NCBI RefSeq assembly: GCF_003918875.1
Contig: NW_025765780.1
Span: forward strand, 186,001 to 250,000
Direction: 5' to 3'
Length of the DNA: 64,000 nucleotides
Source: Haliotis rubra
Lineage: Eukaryota
The translations under genes were made by a program, and so were the position numbers. Under the pieces are notes generated by a model. That model was not told the DNA's origin, did no database searches, and saw only the letters and a program-made list of their open reading frames with translations. Below are positions 14,301-26,900 of the stretch, one piece after another; position 1 is the stretch's first letter; every line of letters starts with the position of its first letter.

Positions 14301-16231
14301 TACCATTTTAAAGTGAACTTTATTTGCCATATTGTTGTCGAATATGTCCCTTTTTTGACTAATAAGTTCAAGTCCAACAACAACTGCTTGGATGCGTTTC
14401 GTAGACCATTTTAACAGACTCTTTCTCTAGTTCACAAAAACATTCACATGATTACCACGTAAAATACCCATGTCACAAAAGCTCTTGCCTTCGAGTATAC
14501 TTGGAGTACACAAACAGTAGTCATTTGGATCAGTGCTTTTCAGAGAGTGTTTGTCCAGACGTTTAATAACTTCAGACCAAAAGACTTTAGAATTTAAACT
14601 AGTGCATAGATAATATTTAGGGCGTGATGGTTGATTGGTTGTTTAACGCTGCACTCAGCAATATTCCAGCTGTAAATAATCGACAATCCAGTGAACAACA
14701 GCATCAGCATCGATCTACGCACTTGGTATGACTTGTGATGACATGTGTCAACCAAGTCAGCGAGTCTGACCACCCGTTAGTCGCCTCTTGCGACAATCAT
14801 GGTGTTACAGGTTAGAAATTACTGAGATAAAAGGCTTGTGAGTCCCCTTGAAACAAGCAAAATAAAACAAATATAAGTCTATTATCCTCAATTATATATT
14901 GAATAAACAAGATTAGAATGAATGACAGTACAAATATCTAATACAATACTATTGGATCACAAATCTAAAATATTGGGTCACATATTTAAACTATTAACTC
15001 ACCGAAGTATTGATATTCCCAGTAAAAACAGATCTACTGATTGAAGATTGTTGATAGCCAGGGGCGTAGCTACCATTGTTTAAAAAAGCCCGGGCTTACA
15101 TATGATTGTTGCTAAAAAGGTTGGGCAAGCCCTCAATACTATCTAAATATAAAGCTTTGCAACCTATCGGGCTTAGACGAAAAACATTGGCTTGCTATGC
15201 GCCTGATAGCTGTTGAAAGTTCAATGTAGACGAGGCCTCTTGAGTTGTCTTGAAGCGTTGATATTAGCAGACAGATTAGCGTAAATCCAAAGTAGTAGTC
15301 ACCCCATATACCTCCTTATATGCCTATTATACAGTTCTCGAGAATTCTAGCAACAGACATCCCACACTACAATCATTTAGAAATTACTGGACTCCCGTCA
15401 TAGCTCACAGCATCCTACTGAAACACCGGAAACAAAGGGGAGATAACTCTAACTTACTCTTAACAGGTGAAATTACACTCAGCGCTTTAAACGTTTGAGA
15501 CCCACAACAACTAAAAGTTAATCAATGCGACATAATTAACAAAAGCACACGCTCATAACAATGGGTTGCTGAAAACCAATTCTTACCCGGATCTTTACGG
15601 ATTAGAGTGTAATATGTTTTACAGTTTGTATTATGTTTTTGTAAAGACTGGTAGGGAAAGTGAATCTCATGAAACCATGTATGTTGACTTACCATTTAGA
15701 TTGAATAAATTCAGTCCTACCTCGTCTGAAGACTTATGGAGGTAACGTCCATGTTGTTTCGGTAGGCTATATTCAGATAATGTAGTGGTTCGTAAATATA
15801 AAAGGCATCTGGGTTGAAGTCAAACATCTTCCCGGCAAATGTTGATCCACTTCGCATGTAAGTGTTCAGGATGACTCGTGTTTGTGGATCCCGCTTGTTC
15901 CAGTCGCCTGATACAAATATTCACGATTAATGAATTTAACCAGTCAATAATCTGTCGTCAGTGAAAATAAATGGAATGCATTTCTGAATAATTCTAAACA
16001 ATACATATATTGTGTCCAATCATTTGTTTGAACAGGCAACACTAAATCACATGTGATTATAAACCTTCAAAGACTTAACATCGGCCCAATAAACATAAAA
16101 TCATCTGATTTCATAACCTGATTTATATTCTCACCATTGGTGACATATCGTAGCGTCAACTGCCAGGTAACTACACATACGACGACTGTAAACACACAGG
16201 TTCTTCTTAAATTGGATCCGGAGCCGGTCAT
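11326..16231 (-). CDS. Carbohydrate sulfotransferase (CHST1/3/5-like, Sulfotransfer_1 family), 361 aa; coding exons 16231-16135, 15907-15721, 12127-11326
   Basis: Exons of 97+187+802 = 1086 nt join in frame across GT-AG introns of phase 1 and phase 2. N-terminal anchor RRTCVFTVVVCVVTWQLTL; 5'-PAPS-binding motif TYMRSGSTF followed by FYIYEPLH; 3'-PB motif IIHLIRDPRAVIKS; later LFYEDLV. Confidence 0.92.
12426..12577 (+). mobile_element. tRNA-derived SINE in sulfotransferase intron
   Basis: GGGGCGGTGGGGTAGCC head, degenerate B box GGTTCCATTACC, body ending GATATTGCTGGGATATTGGTAAAAGCGGCGTA and a (CTCA)-type tail. Same family as 23170-23308. Confidence 0.85.
13330..14210 (-). mobile_element. Decayed Tc1-type transposon
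   Basis: Remnants of the catalytic region (QFDHARP, WPARSPDLTPIERV) and an RPRTA paired-domain linker; many stops and frameshifts; TIRs not confidently located. Confidence 0.85.
14803..15560. mobile_element. Solo LTR (Gypsy-like), 758 bp including nested MITE
   Basis: Termini TGTTA…TAACA (TG…CA inverted ends) with a 4-bp TSD ATGG at 14799-14802 and 15561-15564. Confidence 0.75.
15059..15205. mobile_element. MITE (~147 bp), copy 1
   Basis: Imperfect TIRs CAGGGGCGTAGC…GCTATGCGCCTG, flanked by ATAGC on both sides; second copy at 18338-18481. Confidence 0.8.
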
Positions 16232-17491
16232 CTGCCCCTCTTCTCATCAAACTAAAGGAGAAAACACACAAATCTCTGGCTTAACCAGCAGGCGAAGACT
16301 GGTTGAAAAGTGATAATATTTGTCTGTAACGTGAAGCTGTAGCTGTGATGCACCCAATAATGAGACCATTTGAGCAAAATAGGTCCTACCTGTCCTAGGT
16401 CATGAAAGCAATATGCATACAAATATGTTCGTGAAGCTGTCTCTCATCCGTTACAGATATTATCTTGACGTCAGCTAACAGTTCCAACATGTGTGAGATA
16501 CTGACACACCTGTTGCCGTCTTGTGCAAACAGATTGGTCAACACTGACAGGCAAGCAACTTTTGTAGACAGAGTGGAGGGAACTAAAATAGAGTTAATGC
16601 TCTGTTATTTCAGTCAAAGTGTGTTCTTGATCCAATTGGTAATAAGACTGATTATCTGAAGGAAATGGCTGCAATACACCTCAAGGTATATGATACACAA
16701 AGAATACATCTTACCACAGTATTCACAGGTGCTGTATTAGTTACATCAATATACCGGATCCTGTACACTGTGCAGGCAATATAGCTATAGCTTCACAAAT
16801 ATGCATTTTCAACAACGCCTCGTGAGACCATTCAGGCACTGAACGTGAGTTCGGATACGTTCACAGAAGTGTGCGTGACGGAAACGCTCTTTAAACTGTG
16901 CGAACCTCAGAACTAATTAAAATAAACCCATGCAAACTGACGTTCAGTTCGCATCTGAATGTCACAATGATAAGTTCTTCCTATGAAGTTATCTGTTTCC
17001 GGTGCGGACATTGCAACAATGCTACGAAGTAGGATTCTCATTTCATGGCCTACGGTCCCGTGGTTTCCCTCACTTGTACCTAACGGAAAATAGTTCTTCA
17101 AATATAAACTACAATAGCTGAAAATATTTGAACTTTACAAAAATCCTATTCTCTGAACAAATTGACAAATAGTAAACGAGGTAAATCCCATCCTGAATAC
17201 AGATAACAGGGAAGTGAAACATCACTCGATGAAGTGAGGTAAGGTGAACAGTTAAATACGGATTAACTTATATTGCCAGTGAAGTTTGCAAACAGATGCA
17301 AGTGAAACATGACGGGAATTTACCGTTTAATGTTGAGTTTGTTCAACAGTTATATTGAGACGAACGAGGCCTGAACACTCAAATGGTGTGATCAAATCGG
17401 GAATACGATCGGATAGAGAAGGCTAGTCTCTTGTGTTGTGATGATTCGAACTGTTTCAGATTAAGTGGAATTGACTGCAGTATATTCAATG

Positions 17492-17537
17492 GGGTGCGTT
17501 GAAAACCCTGATGAGTCCTTCCGGCGAAAGTGCACTC
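17492..17537 (+). ncRNA. Candidate (degenerate) hammerhead ribozyme motif
   Basis: CTGATGA (17508-14), stem II GTC/GGC, GAAA (17526-29), enclosed by a 9-bp helix GGGTGCGTT/AGTGCACTC. Stem I and the cleavage triplet are non-canonical. Confidence 0.4.
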
Positions 17538-18337
17538 AATCAATTTCACACAAATAACTGATAAAGTTCACATGCGTGTAAACCCCATATCATATCACGT
17601 GATTACCCATTCAACCAATCAGCATCAAAGAAACAGTGTAAACTTGAAAGCATGAAATATTTATTTCTATGTATATTTTAAAGAGGTAGATCCTTTACAT
17701 TCTGAAAAAGATAATCCAGGTGTGGTTTATTTCAATGAATAAATCAATTTGCAGAGGCTAAAATACTTAGAATGTATATCAAAAAGTGTGGTTTTCCTTA
17801 TGCCATATGGTCATGCCATATAAGCGATCTGAAATCTAAAGATATTTATAGACAAGTCTACGTTCTAGTGTTCTTCAAGGCAACTGAATACTGTACTTAC
17901 TGTAACTGTTTTTTTTATACAGATTACTATTTATTGTAGCGCCTGTAAAATATATTTGAACAATATAGTGACGTTGAGTTGAGTTGCATCCCTTGGTCTT
18001 TGTATTTCCAGTCAAAACATCGTCCATCTGCTCTCGAGCCAATATGAGGAATCTACCACCTCTCCAGGGCCGTTAACAGCTCCTGAAGGGACAGTAGGTG
18101 GAGTCTGGGAATACATGCTGTGACTAGATAGGCGCGAAACTAGGACGATTCGAGGAGTTCCTTGCGTTAACTTGATCTGACAGGGACCTATCGCGACAAT
18201 ATTGTCTGTTTCCACACAGTGATTCCTGGAAACAAGATGTGACATCATGACTCAGAGACGATATTCAAGTGCAGCAAATACTGGTTTTTCAACAATGCTC
18301 TGGGTTTGTGATCGCCAAATAGTTTATCAATGAATTG

Positions 18338-18481
18338 CAGGGGCGTAGCTACCATTATAAAAAAAAGCCCGGGCTTACATATGATTGTTGCTAAAAAGGT
18401 TGAGCTAGCCCTCAATACTGTCTAAATATTAAGCTTTGCAACCTATCGGGGTTACACGAAAACATTGGTTTGCTACGCGCC
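18338..18481. mobile_element. MITE, copy 2
   Basis: Highly similar to 15059-15205 over its full length. Confidence 0.8.
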
Positions 18482-18919
18482 ATCGTGCTTGTTTCAATTG
18501 TGTGTCAACCTTATCTTGAGTTGTTATTTACTGCCTTCACAGTTTGGTTCTGTACCTTGTGTAACATTTCTGAAGACATAATGGTTACGTGTGGATCCAC
18601 AATACGGTCTCAATACAATGAGAGATCAAACAACAATATACAAACAGTTTAATTCCGACAGACGTAATATGTTTACATTAGGTACAATAATAACAGCAAG
18701 TATCAGTCAAAATGGTTAGAAGTCTTACTTTTTCGTCAAACAATTTTTCCATGTCCCGACAAGATCCACGGTATATTAACACAAATAAATCCATTCCATC
18801 ATACGAAAAGTAAAGTACAAAGTACTTCACACAATACTGACATGGCATATTGAATTCCATTTATATTCTCTGCCGACATGGCTCATCCATTCATCACACT
18901 CCCGACCTACATATATATA

Positions 18920-20478
18920 CTACTCAAAACAAGTTACGGGTCATGCGATGTCATCATGTAATGTTATTGATGAGGCTGGTTGCATTATGCATGAATAAAA
19001 CTTTACATTCCGTGTATGGTAGTTTATTCAAAACCATTGCAGAACCATGTGGTAAGGTGTTAAAAAATGAACAAATTGAAACATCGAGTGCTTCACAGAA
19101 GCGCCACCACTGTGCTTGTGGAAGATGATGTTTCATCATGAACAACATTTGCACGTGTTCTGCGTGGGATTAGTGCTGTGCATGCTTATTTTCCCTATAA
19201 AACTTGTAATTGTCGCATTGTTATTGTCACTTGAAATTCAACAATAGCAAGACGTCAACTGAGCATGACAGACAGAGGAAGAGATCTTGCTTGGCTTCAA
19301 GATGGCGAACCTCAACCAGTGTGGCTCAGAGACTAAATGTGAGTCAGAGTGTCATTGGAAGGTTATGACACCGGTTTCGTGTCACTGGAATGCTGAATAA
19401 GCGACCACGTTCTGGCAGGCCTCCATCAACAACTCCTAGAGAAGACCGATACCTGACAAATATGGCCCTCCCACAACGCAGAGTAACTGCCAGACAGTTC
19501 CGTGACCAACTGAGAACTGCCACAAGTACCCTGGTATCTGATCAGACTGTCAGGAACCGACTGACGAGGAACAATCTGCGGGCACGGCGACCAGCAGTAC
19601 GACCACCGCTCCTTCAGCAAGACATGACAGCAAGACATGACTGGTGTAGACACCATGTTCGTTGCCAACGTGCTCAGTGGGCATCAGTTCTTTTCTCCGA
19701 CGAGTCTAGGTTTACTCTACAGTTCAATGATGGTAGAACTCGTGTGTATCGGCGTCCAGGATGGAGGTTTGCTGACGTTAACGTCAACCAACGTTTGCCA
19801 TATGGAGGCGGGGGTGTCATGGTTTGGGGTGCGTTTTCCTTTCATCAAAGGACACCTCTCTATGTCATTAATGGTAACCTGACCGGATATCGCTATCTAG
19901 GGGAGATTATCAGACCCCTCGTTTTGCCATGTTTACAACGTATCGGTGTCGGATCCATATTCCAAGATGACAATGCCCGACCACACCGTGCCCGTGTTGT
20001 GACGGACTTCCTTAAACAGAACAATGTTCAGCACATGGAATGCCAGGCATATTCAGCAGATTTAGCCCCTATGGAACATGCTTGGGACGAGTTAGGACGT
20101 CGGCTTGGTAACAACCACGCCCCTCCAAACAACCGTGCATAACTGGCCCAGTATCTCATTGCAGAATGGCAGGCAATACCCCAAGCCTTCTTCCAACGTC
20201 TGGTGAACAGTATGAGACAGAGTTTTACTGCTTGTCTTACTGCTCGAGGTGTTTACATCTGTTATTAGACCAATGTTGGCGTTTGAATTTTCACTTCTGA
20301 CAGTAGGTCACTTTGACCTTATTGATCAGCAATCACTGACATTCCTGCTGTTTTTGTCTCCCTTTATGGTTATCATGAAATGTTGGCTCGAGTTGTTATA
20401 TGATCGCTACATTTCACTGTTATTTATATTTGTAGTTATGGCCATTAAAAGTTTTGACCCTTAACTTGTTCTGAGTAT
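18920..20478 (+). mobile_element. Tc1-family (DD34E) transposon, near full length, pseudogenised
   Basis: TIRs TACTCAAAACAAGTTACGGGTCA / TGACCCTTAACTTGTTCTGAGTA. ORF 19390-20142 has RPRSGRP, SDESRF, QDDNARPH and SADLAPME, with 34 residues between D and E; stops at both ends of the transposase. Confidence 0.95.
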
Positions 20479-21769
20479 TTAAAGCATGAAGATCTATTTT
20501 AAGAAAGATAAATATATTTGATATTCACTTAATGGAAGCTTTACATATATATGTAACATATCCTCATAATACAATTTAATTTAGAAAGTGTATTTAGAAA
20601 TTGGTCAAATGAAACATATGCTAGATTTTCAGTAACACTTTCTCTGTAAAAATCTTCTGTTGTTTATACAATTCACAACAGACAAATCCGTTCTTCTTCT
20701 CTGAATGTATGTATATCGACTGATGACAAACGAACGTGTTTCAGAAGATAGAAGAACTCTAGTGAGAGCGATCTAGCGAAAGGCAATATGACTTCAAAAC
20801 CGGGCGATAGGTCACTAGGAATGAAGGCACATGTCGATGACCTGACCACACTCGGCAGCATAGGGGCGCATGGTACCTGCATGGATTCCATCAGGAGTTA
20901 CTCTCTCTCTTCCTTCAACTGTTGGTGGTTATTGACACCTGAGCTTTTAAATAAACACACATTCTAACAATATGGTAGTGTGATCACTACTTTGAAGGAT
21001 GAAACCTTACCTACCCTGTCTTCTCCGGCCTATTTGAAATGCCCTTGTATTTAAACGTTATGTTCAGTATATCATATCTCAGCTACGAATATCCTATGCA
21101 GATAAAATCGCTCTTGCTAACAGTAAATAACACTTACGCAATACCACAGTGTACTGAAAATAAATATCTACAGACTCAACTCGGGCCCGAGTACTTCATG
21201 CCTTTCAAGTAATCCATAGCGTAACCGGCATGACATTACACGACACGATGATTGATTGATTCATCAATATTGAAGGTGGCAACTTAGTAATGCACATACA
21301 TGTTGTTAAACCATTACAATTTAAGTTAAGACTTACTTCATTCCGACTTGATATCTTCATTTTCTACTGATCACAATCAGTATATGGATGTTTACATGAC
21401 AAATGCTTTTTCATCGAACTGGTTGTACTCCCTGCATAACTCAGTGATATAACGCTCTGACGGCATTTGTTTTTGTCTTTTTGTTTTTTATTTTTTATGT
21501 CACTATCTATATCACATTACGCCCATATATTTGATTATTTAAAATCTTTCTCCATGCCTGCAATTATCAACGAAATAGTTACCTAATCATTTTAAGAAGT
21601 GAAGTACCAAGCGGTGTTTAATGTCAGACGTCATGCTAAGCACATGGCAGACCGACAATCTGAGAACATAAGCCAATTAGAGTTATCTCCCCATGTCGAT
21701 TCCTCGTGTCCTCGAAAGTGGACTCGAGTCCAGCTGGACCCGACTCGTTGTAACGCACTTTTTTAAGAC

Positions 21770-21935
21770 TGCATAACATTGCCGCACCACCATAGCCAGC
21801 AGTTTCTACAGACGTCTCTCCAACAGAACATATCTGGAATGAAAGACTCGGACAACATTGCCGTACCACCATAGCCAGCTGTTTCTACAGACGTCTCTCC
21901 AACAGAACATATCTGGAATGAAAGACTCGGACAAC
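21770..21935. repeat. Tandem duplication of ~79 bp
   Basis: AACATTGCCG…CATATCTGGAATGAAAGACTCGGAC present twice. Confidence 0.9.
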
Positions 21936-23169
21936 AGGTCCTTAACATACCAGTGACACCATTTTGGTTAACTCAACCTTTGGTTGGCATGATTTGGCAC
22001 AGCATTCACCAGGTTATTTTGAATCATGGCTTCACATCCTGTGTGAACGGTAACGGTGATCACACTGGTCATACTGACATCAGTTACTGACTTGTTCTCT
22101 CTGTGTCTGTGTGTACTACATAGCGGTTGTGGCTAATACACAACATTTACTAGTCGAAATTACGCAATCACGACAACCTTGTTAATGGATAGCGTATTCT
22201 CCGAAATGTTGTCACATTTCACTGACGTCTGCAATGAGCGCAGTAACATCACATCAGAATGTCAGTGATTGGTGAGGCTGACAGATACAGCTGCTCACAT
22301 TGTTCCATCTTAAACCTGACAGTGACGTGGTTACTTAAAGGTACAAGCACACATACAGTCCCATACATTATTCTGTGTGCTTGCCTTCCGTTGCACTCCA
22401 TGGGTTCCTAGATGTAGCTTGTGAGACCGGCGCCTGATCAAAGGGAAGCTACTTTGCACCCAGCGTCAACACGAAAAGGGGTAACAAATCGCTCGCATTT
22501 CATCTAAACCCAGCTGCTTAAGTACACTTAATTATGTAGTTAATGTCTATGGAACTCTTCTGACGACAAAGGTACACAACATGGATGTGTTTTGCTTAAT
22601 TACAATGGCACTGGAGTGCGTGCGTCGGGAGGAAGAGATCATGTTAAAGTATTAGTACAGGATGAGAAGGTAGGCCTGATTCAGGAAGTGGTCAACAGAG
22701 ATCAACTCTAGTCTTGAAAAAAGAAAGGAAGTGTGAATCTGTTGTCCCTCCATGTTAAACTGAAAACGAAGAGAATCAGTTTTCACTCAGTTTTGCCTCT
22801 TTAAAAATGTATTGTCGTCGTTCCCGATGATGTTCTTGGATTTCGGTTCGTTTTACATGGTGTCCTGGTGATGAATGCATCGCTAACTTTCATTTATATA
22901 GATCTCTTGGGTTTCACAATCAAAGCTTCGGATAATGTGTAGAGATATGTCATTTTACGAACGTTTCCCTGAATGCGAAAACAAAACACACCGATTTTCC
23001 ATGGTCGATCGTATGGTTCTGCTGAAGGAATGGCACTGCTTAAGTGTCAATCGACGCCAGATCTATGATAATCATTGATCCTTAAGGATCGTCGGACTTT
23101 TGTATGTTTGTTGTTCAACGCTGTACCAACCTTGTATGTACGTCGTATGTGGGACTTAGTACAGAACTA

Positions 23170-23308
23170 CCGTTCGCGCGTCACGCCGAAGACGCGGGTT
23201 CGATTCCCCACGAAGGGCACAATGTGTGAAGCCCATTTCTGATGCCTCCAGCCGTTATATTGCTGGAATATTGCTAAAAGCGGCGTAGAACTAAACTCAC
23301 TCACTCAC
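23170..23308 (+). mobile_element. 5'-truncated tRNA-derived SINE with TSD
   Basis: B box GGTTCGATTCCC and (CTCA)n tail. Direct repeat TAGTACAGAACTA at 23157-23169 and 23309-23321. Confidence 0.9.
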
Positions 23309-23830
23309 TAGTACAGAACTAACCGATCTCGTTAGTGTGACTTAGTGCCGAACTAATTGTCCTCGTTAGTGGGATCTAGTGCCGTACTAACTGACCTCGT
23401 CGGTGTGACTTGGTGCCGAACTAAACGATCTCGTCGGTGTGACTTAATGCCGAACTAACCGATCTCGTTAGTGTGACTTAGGGCCGAACTAACCTATCTC
23501 GTTTGTGTGACTTAGGGCAGAACTAACCTATCTCGTTTGTGTGACTTAGTGCCGAACTAACCTATCTCGTTTGTGTGACTTAGTGCCGAACTAACCGATC
23601 TCGTTTGTGTGACTTAGTGACGAACCAGCTGATTTCGTTAGTTGTGTTTAGTGCCGAACGAACTGTCCTCGTTAGTGTAACTTAGTGCCGAACTAACCGA
23701 TCTCGTTTGTGTGACTTAGTGACGAACTAACCGATCTCGTTTGTGTGACTTGGTGCCGAACTAACCGATCTCGTTAGTGTGACTTAGTGCCGAACTAACC
23801 GACGTCGTTAGTGTGACTTAGTGCTGACCT
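23309..23830. repeat. Minisatellite, 34 bp unit (GTGTGACTTAGTGCCGAACTAACCGATCTCGTTA)
   Basis: About 15 visible tandem units. Confidence 0.95.
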
Positions 23831-23961
23831 CGCGGATCTTGATTGCCATGAATCTGTCTGAAACATCAGCCCTCCCTGTTCTTCCCCATGGAGGATTTAG
23901 CCTCTAACAGTTCTTCCATCCCTGGCGTAATTAAACACGTATAACTACGATAGAGGAAGAG

Positions 23962-26900
23962 TGAGTGAATGAATGAGTTAATATTTAACGTCACATCGAA
24001 AATATTTCAGCCATATCGTGACGAAAACAATTTATACAATATAAACATGAAAACATTGTGAAGAGTTAAACCTGTCGACGATGGACAGTAAAAATCCTAG
24101 AGTATCACAGATATGAATATAAAACTAGAATGTAACTCTAAAACGTTTTAATTGAAGAAGACAGTACAATATAGAACACGGGCTATAGATCGCCAACAAC
24201 TGAAGGTAGATCATCATACTAGGGTCCATGGGGACTTACAGTGCCTTTGCTACCTGCATAGACCTTAGTTGGATTTAAACCATCCCTTCAGCCGCTGGCG
24301 ATTGCAGGAAGATTTAGCCGAAATTTAAAATAACAAACATACTACGATTAAAAAGTATGGTTGAGCAAAATTGACTTTGAAAGCTTTTGGGACTTACGTA
24401 CCCTCTCAGGAGGACAATAATTTTACGCTACTTCAACCCCCTTTGAGGATACAGCCACAAACAATCTGAGTTGATAATCTGAACTACCAATTATAAAACT
24501 TTCTCTATTTACATAACATATATCAACATTAATTTAACAAATCTATCTCTGTTAAACAATCAATGATTAAATGATATTAAAAAGCCCTTTACTGTTTTGA
24601 TATTGAAATATTTATCCCTTATGATGGAGAATTCAACACAGTCAAGCAGGACATGCTTGACAGTGGTTCTCTCAAAGGGATACAAAACGGAGGATCGTCA
24701 CCTTTTAATAAGTATTTGTGAGTATAACCCGTATGGCCAATGCGACATCGTCGCATAATGACCTACTCAAATCTGGACTGACAATCCAAGTAGGTGTAAC
24801 CAATATAAAGTTTTATTTCATGTAATTTGTTAATACCTACTTGGGTGTCCCGCTTCTTTTGCAATCAGATCACGGATGTAGGTTCTAATGCCAGCTTTGT
24901 AATCAGAGTATGGAAGAAGAAGTGTTGTCACAGATTTATTGAGTGCTACCTTGGCAGCAAGATCAGCCATTGTATTCCCAGAAATGCGAACGTGGCTGGG
25001 TAACCAACAAAAGACGATGTCGCATTGGCCAGTAACAAGCTCATTATACAATTCAATAATTTCTAATAAAAGTGGATGTTTACAAGAAATAACCTGAAGC
25101 CTGAAGACACGAAAGAGAATCGGAAAAGATTATGTATTGTTTATATTTACGGTGTTTAATAATATATGTTGTTAATATGGCGTTAGCTTCTGCTGTGAAA
25201 ATAGAGCTGTTATTTGGTAGTCGAGAAGATATTGTTCAGGATCCAATGACAGTGGCACATGCCACCGCGCCACCATCCTTGGACCCATCTGTTAATAAGG
25301 ATTTGTATGTATTATATTTATTTTTTAATTGATTATATTCTTGTGCATATTGTAATTCATTAGTTTAAGATTTCTTAAACTTTGTCAGAGTTAGGTCAAC
25401 TTCAGGCCTCACCAGTTGCCAAGGAGGAGAAGAAAGAAGACGAGAAGGAGATATATTTTCCAGCTCAATGCAGGCAGCAGAAATGAATGGTTTAATTCTT
25501 GGAACAAGAGAAAGCTTTTTGTTGTATAAATCCTCATAAAGAGGATTGAAAACACAGTTAAATGCAGGATTAGACTCGTTAGAATAGAGTTTTTTTATAT
25601 ACTGTAAAGATAATTTGATACGACGTTGGTTAAGGGATGACTCATCAGCCTCAACATAGAGACTATCAATAGGAGAGGTTTTAAGAGACCCAAGACAAAG
25701 TCTTAGGCCTTGGTGGTGGATAGAATCAAGTAGTTATAGGTTACTTTTGCAGGCTCCACCATATACGATGGAGCCATAATCAAGTTTCGAGCGGACCAAT
25801 GATCGATATAGGTGGAGGAGGGTAGCTTGATCCCCTCCCCACTTTGAGTTGGAAACAACTTTATACAAATCAAGGGCCTTCAGGCATTAAGCTTTAAGGG
25901 ATTTAATATGCGGCAAAAAAGTTAAATGAGAGTCGAAAATTAGACCCAAGAACTTTAAAACCATTTAAAGATAGTTCCGGGTCTTTATGCGGCTTATATT
26001 TTCTACAAAAGTGTAGACAATTAGTTTTAGACTTGGACAATTTAAAGCCGTTTCAAGACACCATTAATTTATTTTATTTAAACACAACTGCAATTGCCGT
26101 TCAATAGTATGCATATTTTTACCACGACAAGAAATATTAAAATCATCCACAAAAAGTGATCCATCGATTGGATCATTTAAAACCTCTGATAAACTGTTGA
26201 TTTTGATACTAAATAAAGTGACAGACAAAATACTGCCTTGAGGGACACCCTGATCCTGATTTTAATGATCAGACAGGGTTGAACCCACTCGGACTTGAAA
26301 TTGCCTGTCTTTTAAAAATTGTGATATAAAAAAGAGGCAAACGGCCTCTCAAACCAAAATCATGTAAGTCCTTCAAAATGCCATGCTTCCAGGTCGTATC
26401 ATTAGCTTTCTCAAGATCAAAGAAAATTGATACAGCATGTTGTTTATTTACTATAACATTTTTAACAAAGGATTCTAAACGTACCAAATGATCAATGGTA
26501 CTACGATTTTTCCTGAAACCACATTGAATATTTGTTATAATGTTATTGGTTTCAAGATACCAAGTTAATCTATTATTCACCATACGTTCCATGGTTTTAC
26601 AAACACAGCTAGTTAGAGATATCGGTCTGTAATTCGACGGATCTGTATGATCCCTGTCAGGTTTTGGTATTGGGACAACAATGGCATTACGCCATGAAGG
26701 AGGAATTCTCCAGACGTCAATTTTTTGGTCAAATATATCTAAAAGTGTCATCAGACATGGTTCAGGTAAGTGTTTCAGTAGCTGGTAATGTATATTTTCA
26801 TCACCCGCTGCAGTGTCATGAGCTTGCTCAAGAGCAGTATGTAGCTCATGTAATGAAAACACTTCATTATGATCTTCACCGTTATTTGATTCGAAATTAA

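Larger units (their letters stand above)
14628..15600 (-). mobile_element. SINE split in two (14628-14802 and 15561-15600) by a solo LTR
   Basis: + strand GTTTAACGCTGCACTCAGCAATATTCCAGCT…GTTAGTCGCCTCTTGCGACAATCATGG resumes after the insert as ATGGGTTGCTGAAAACCAATTCTTACCCGGATCTTTACGG. Confidence 0.75.
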
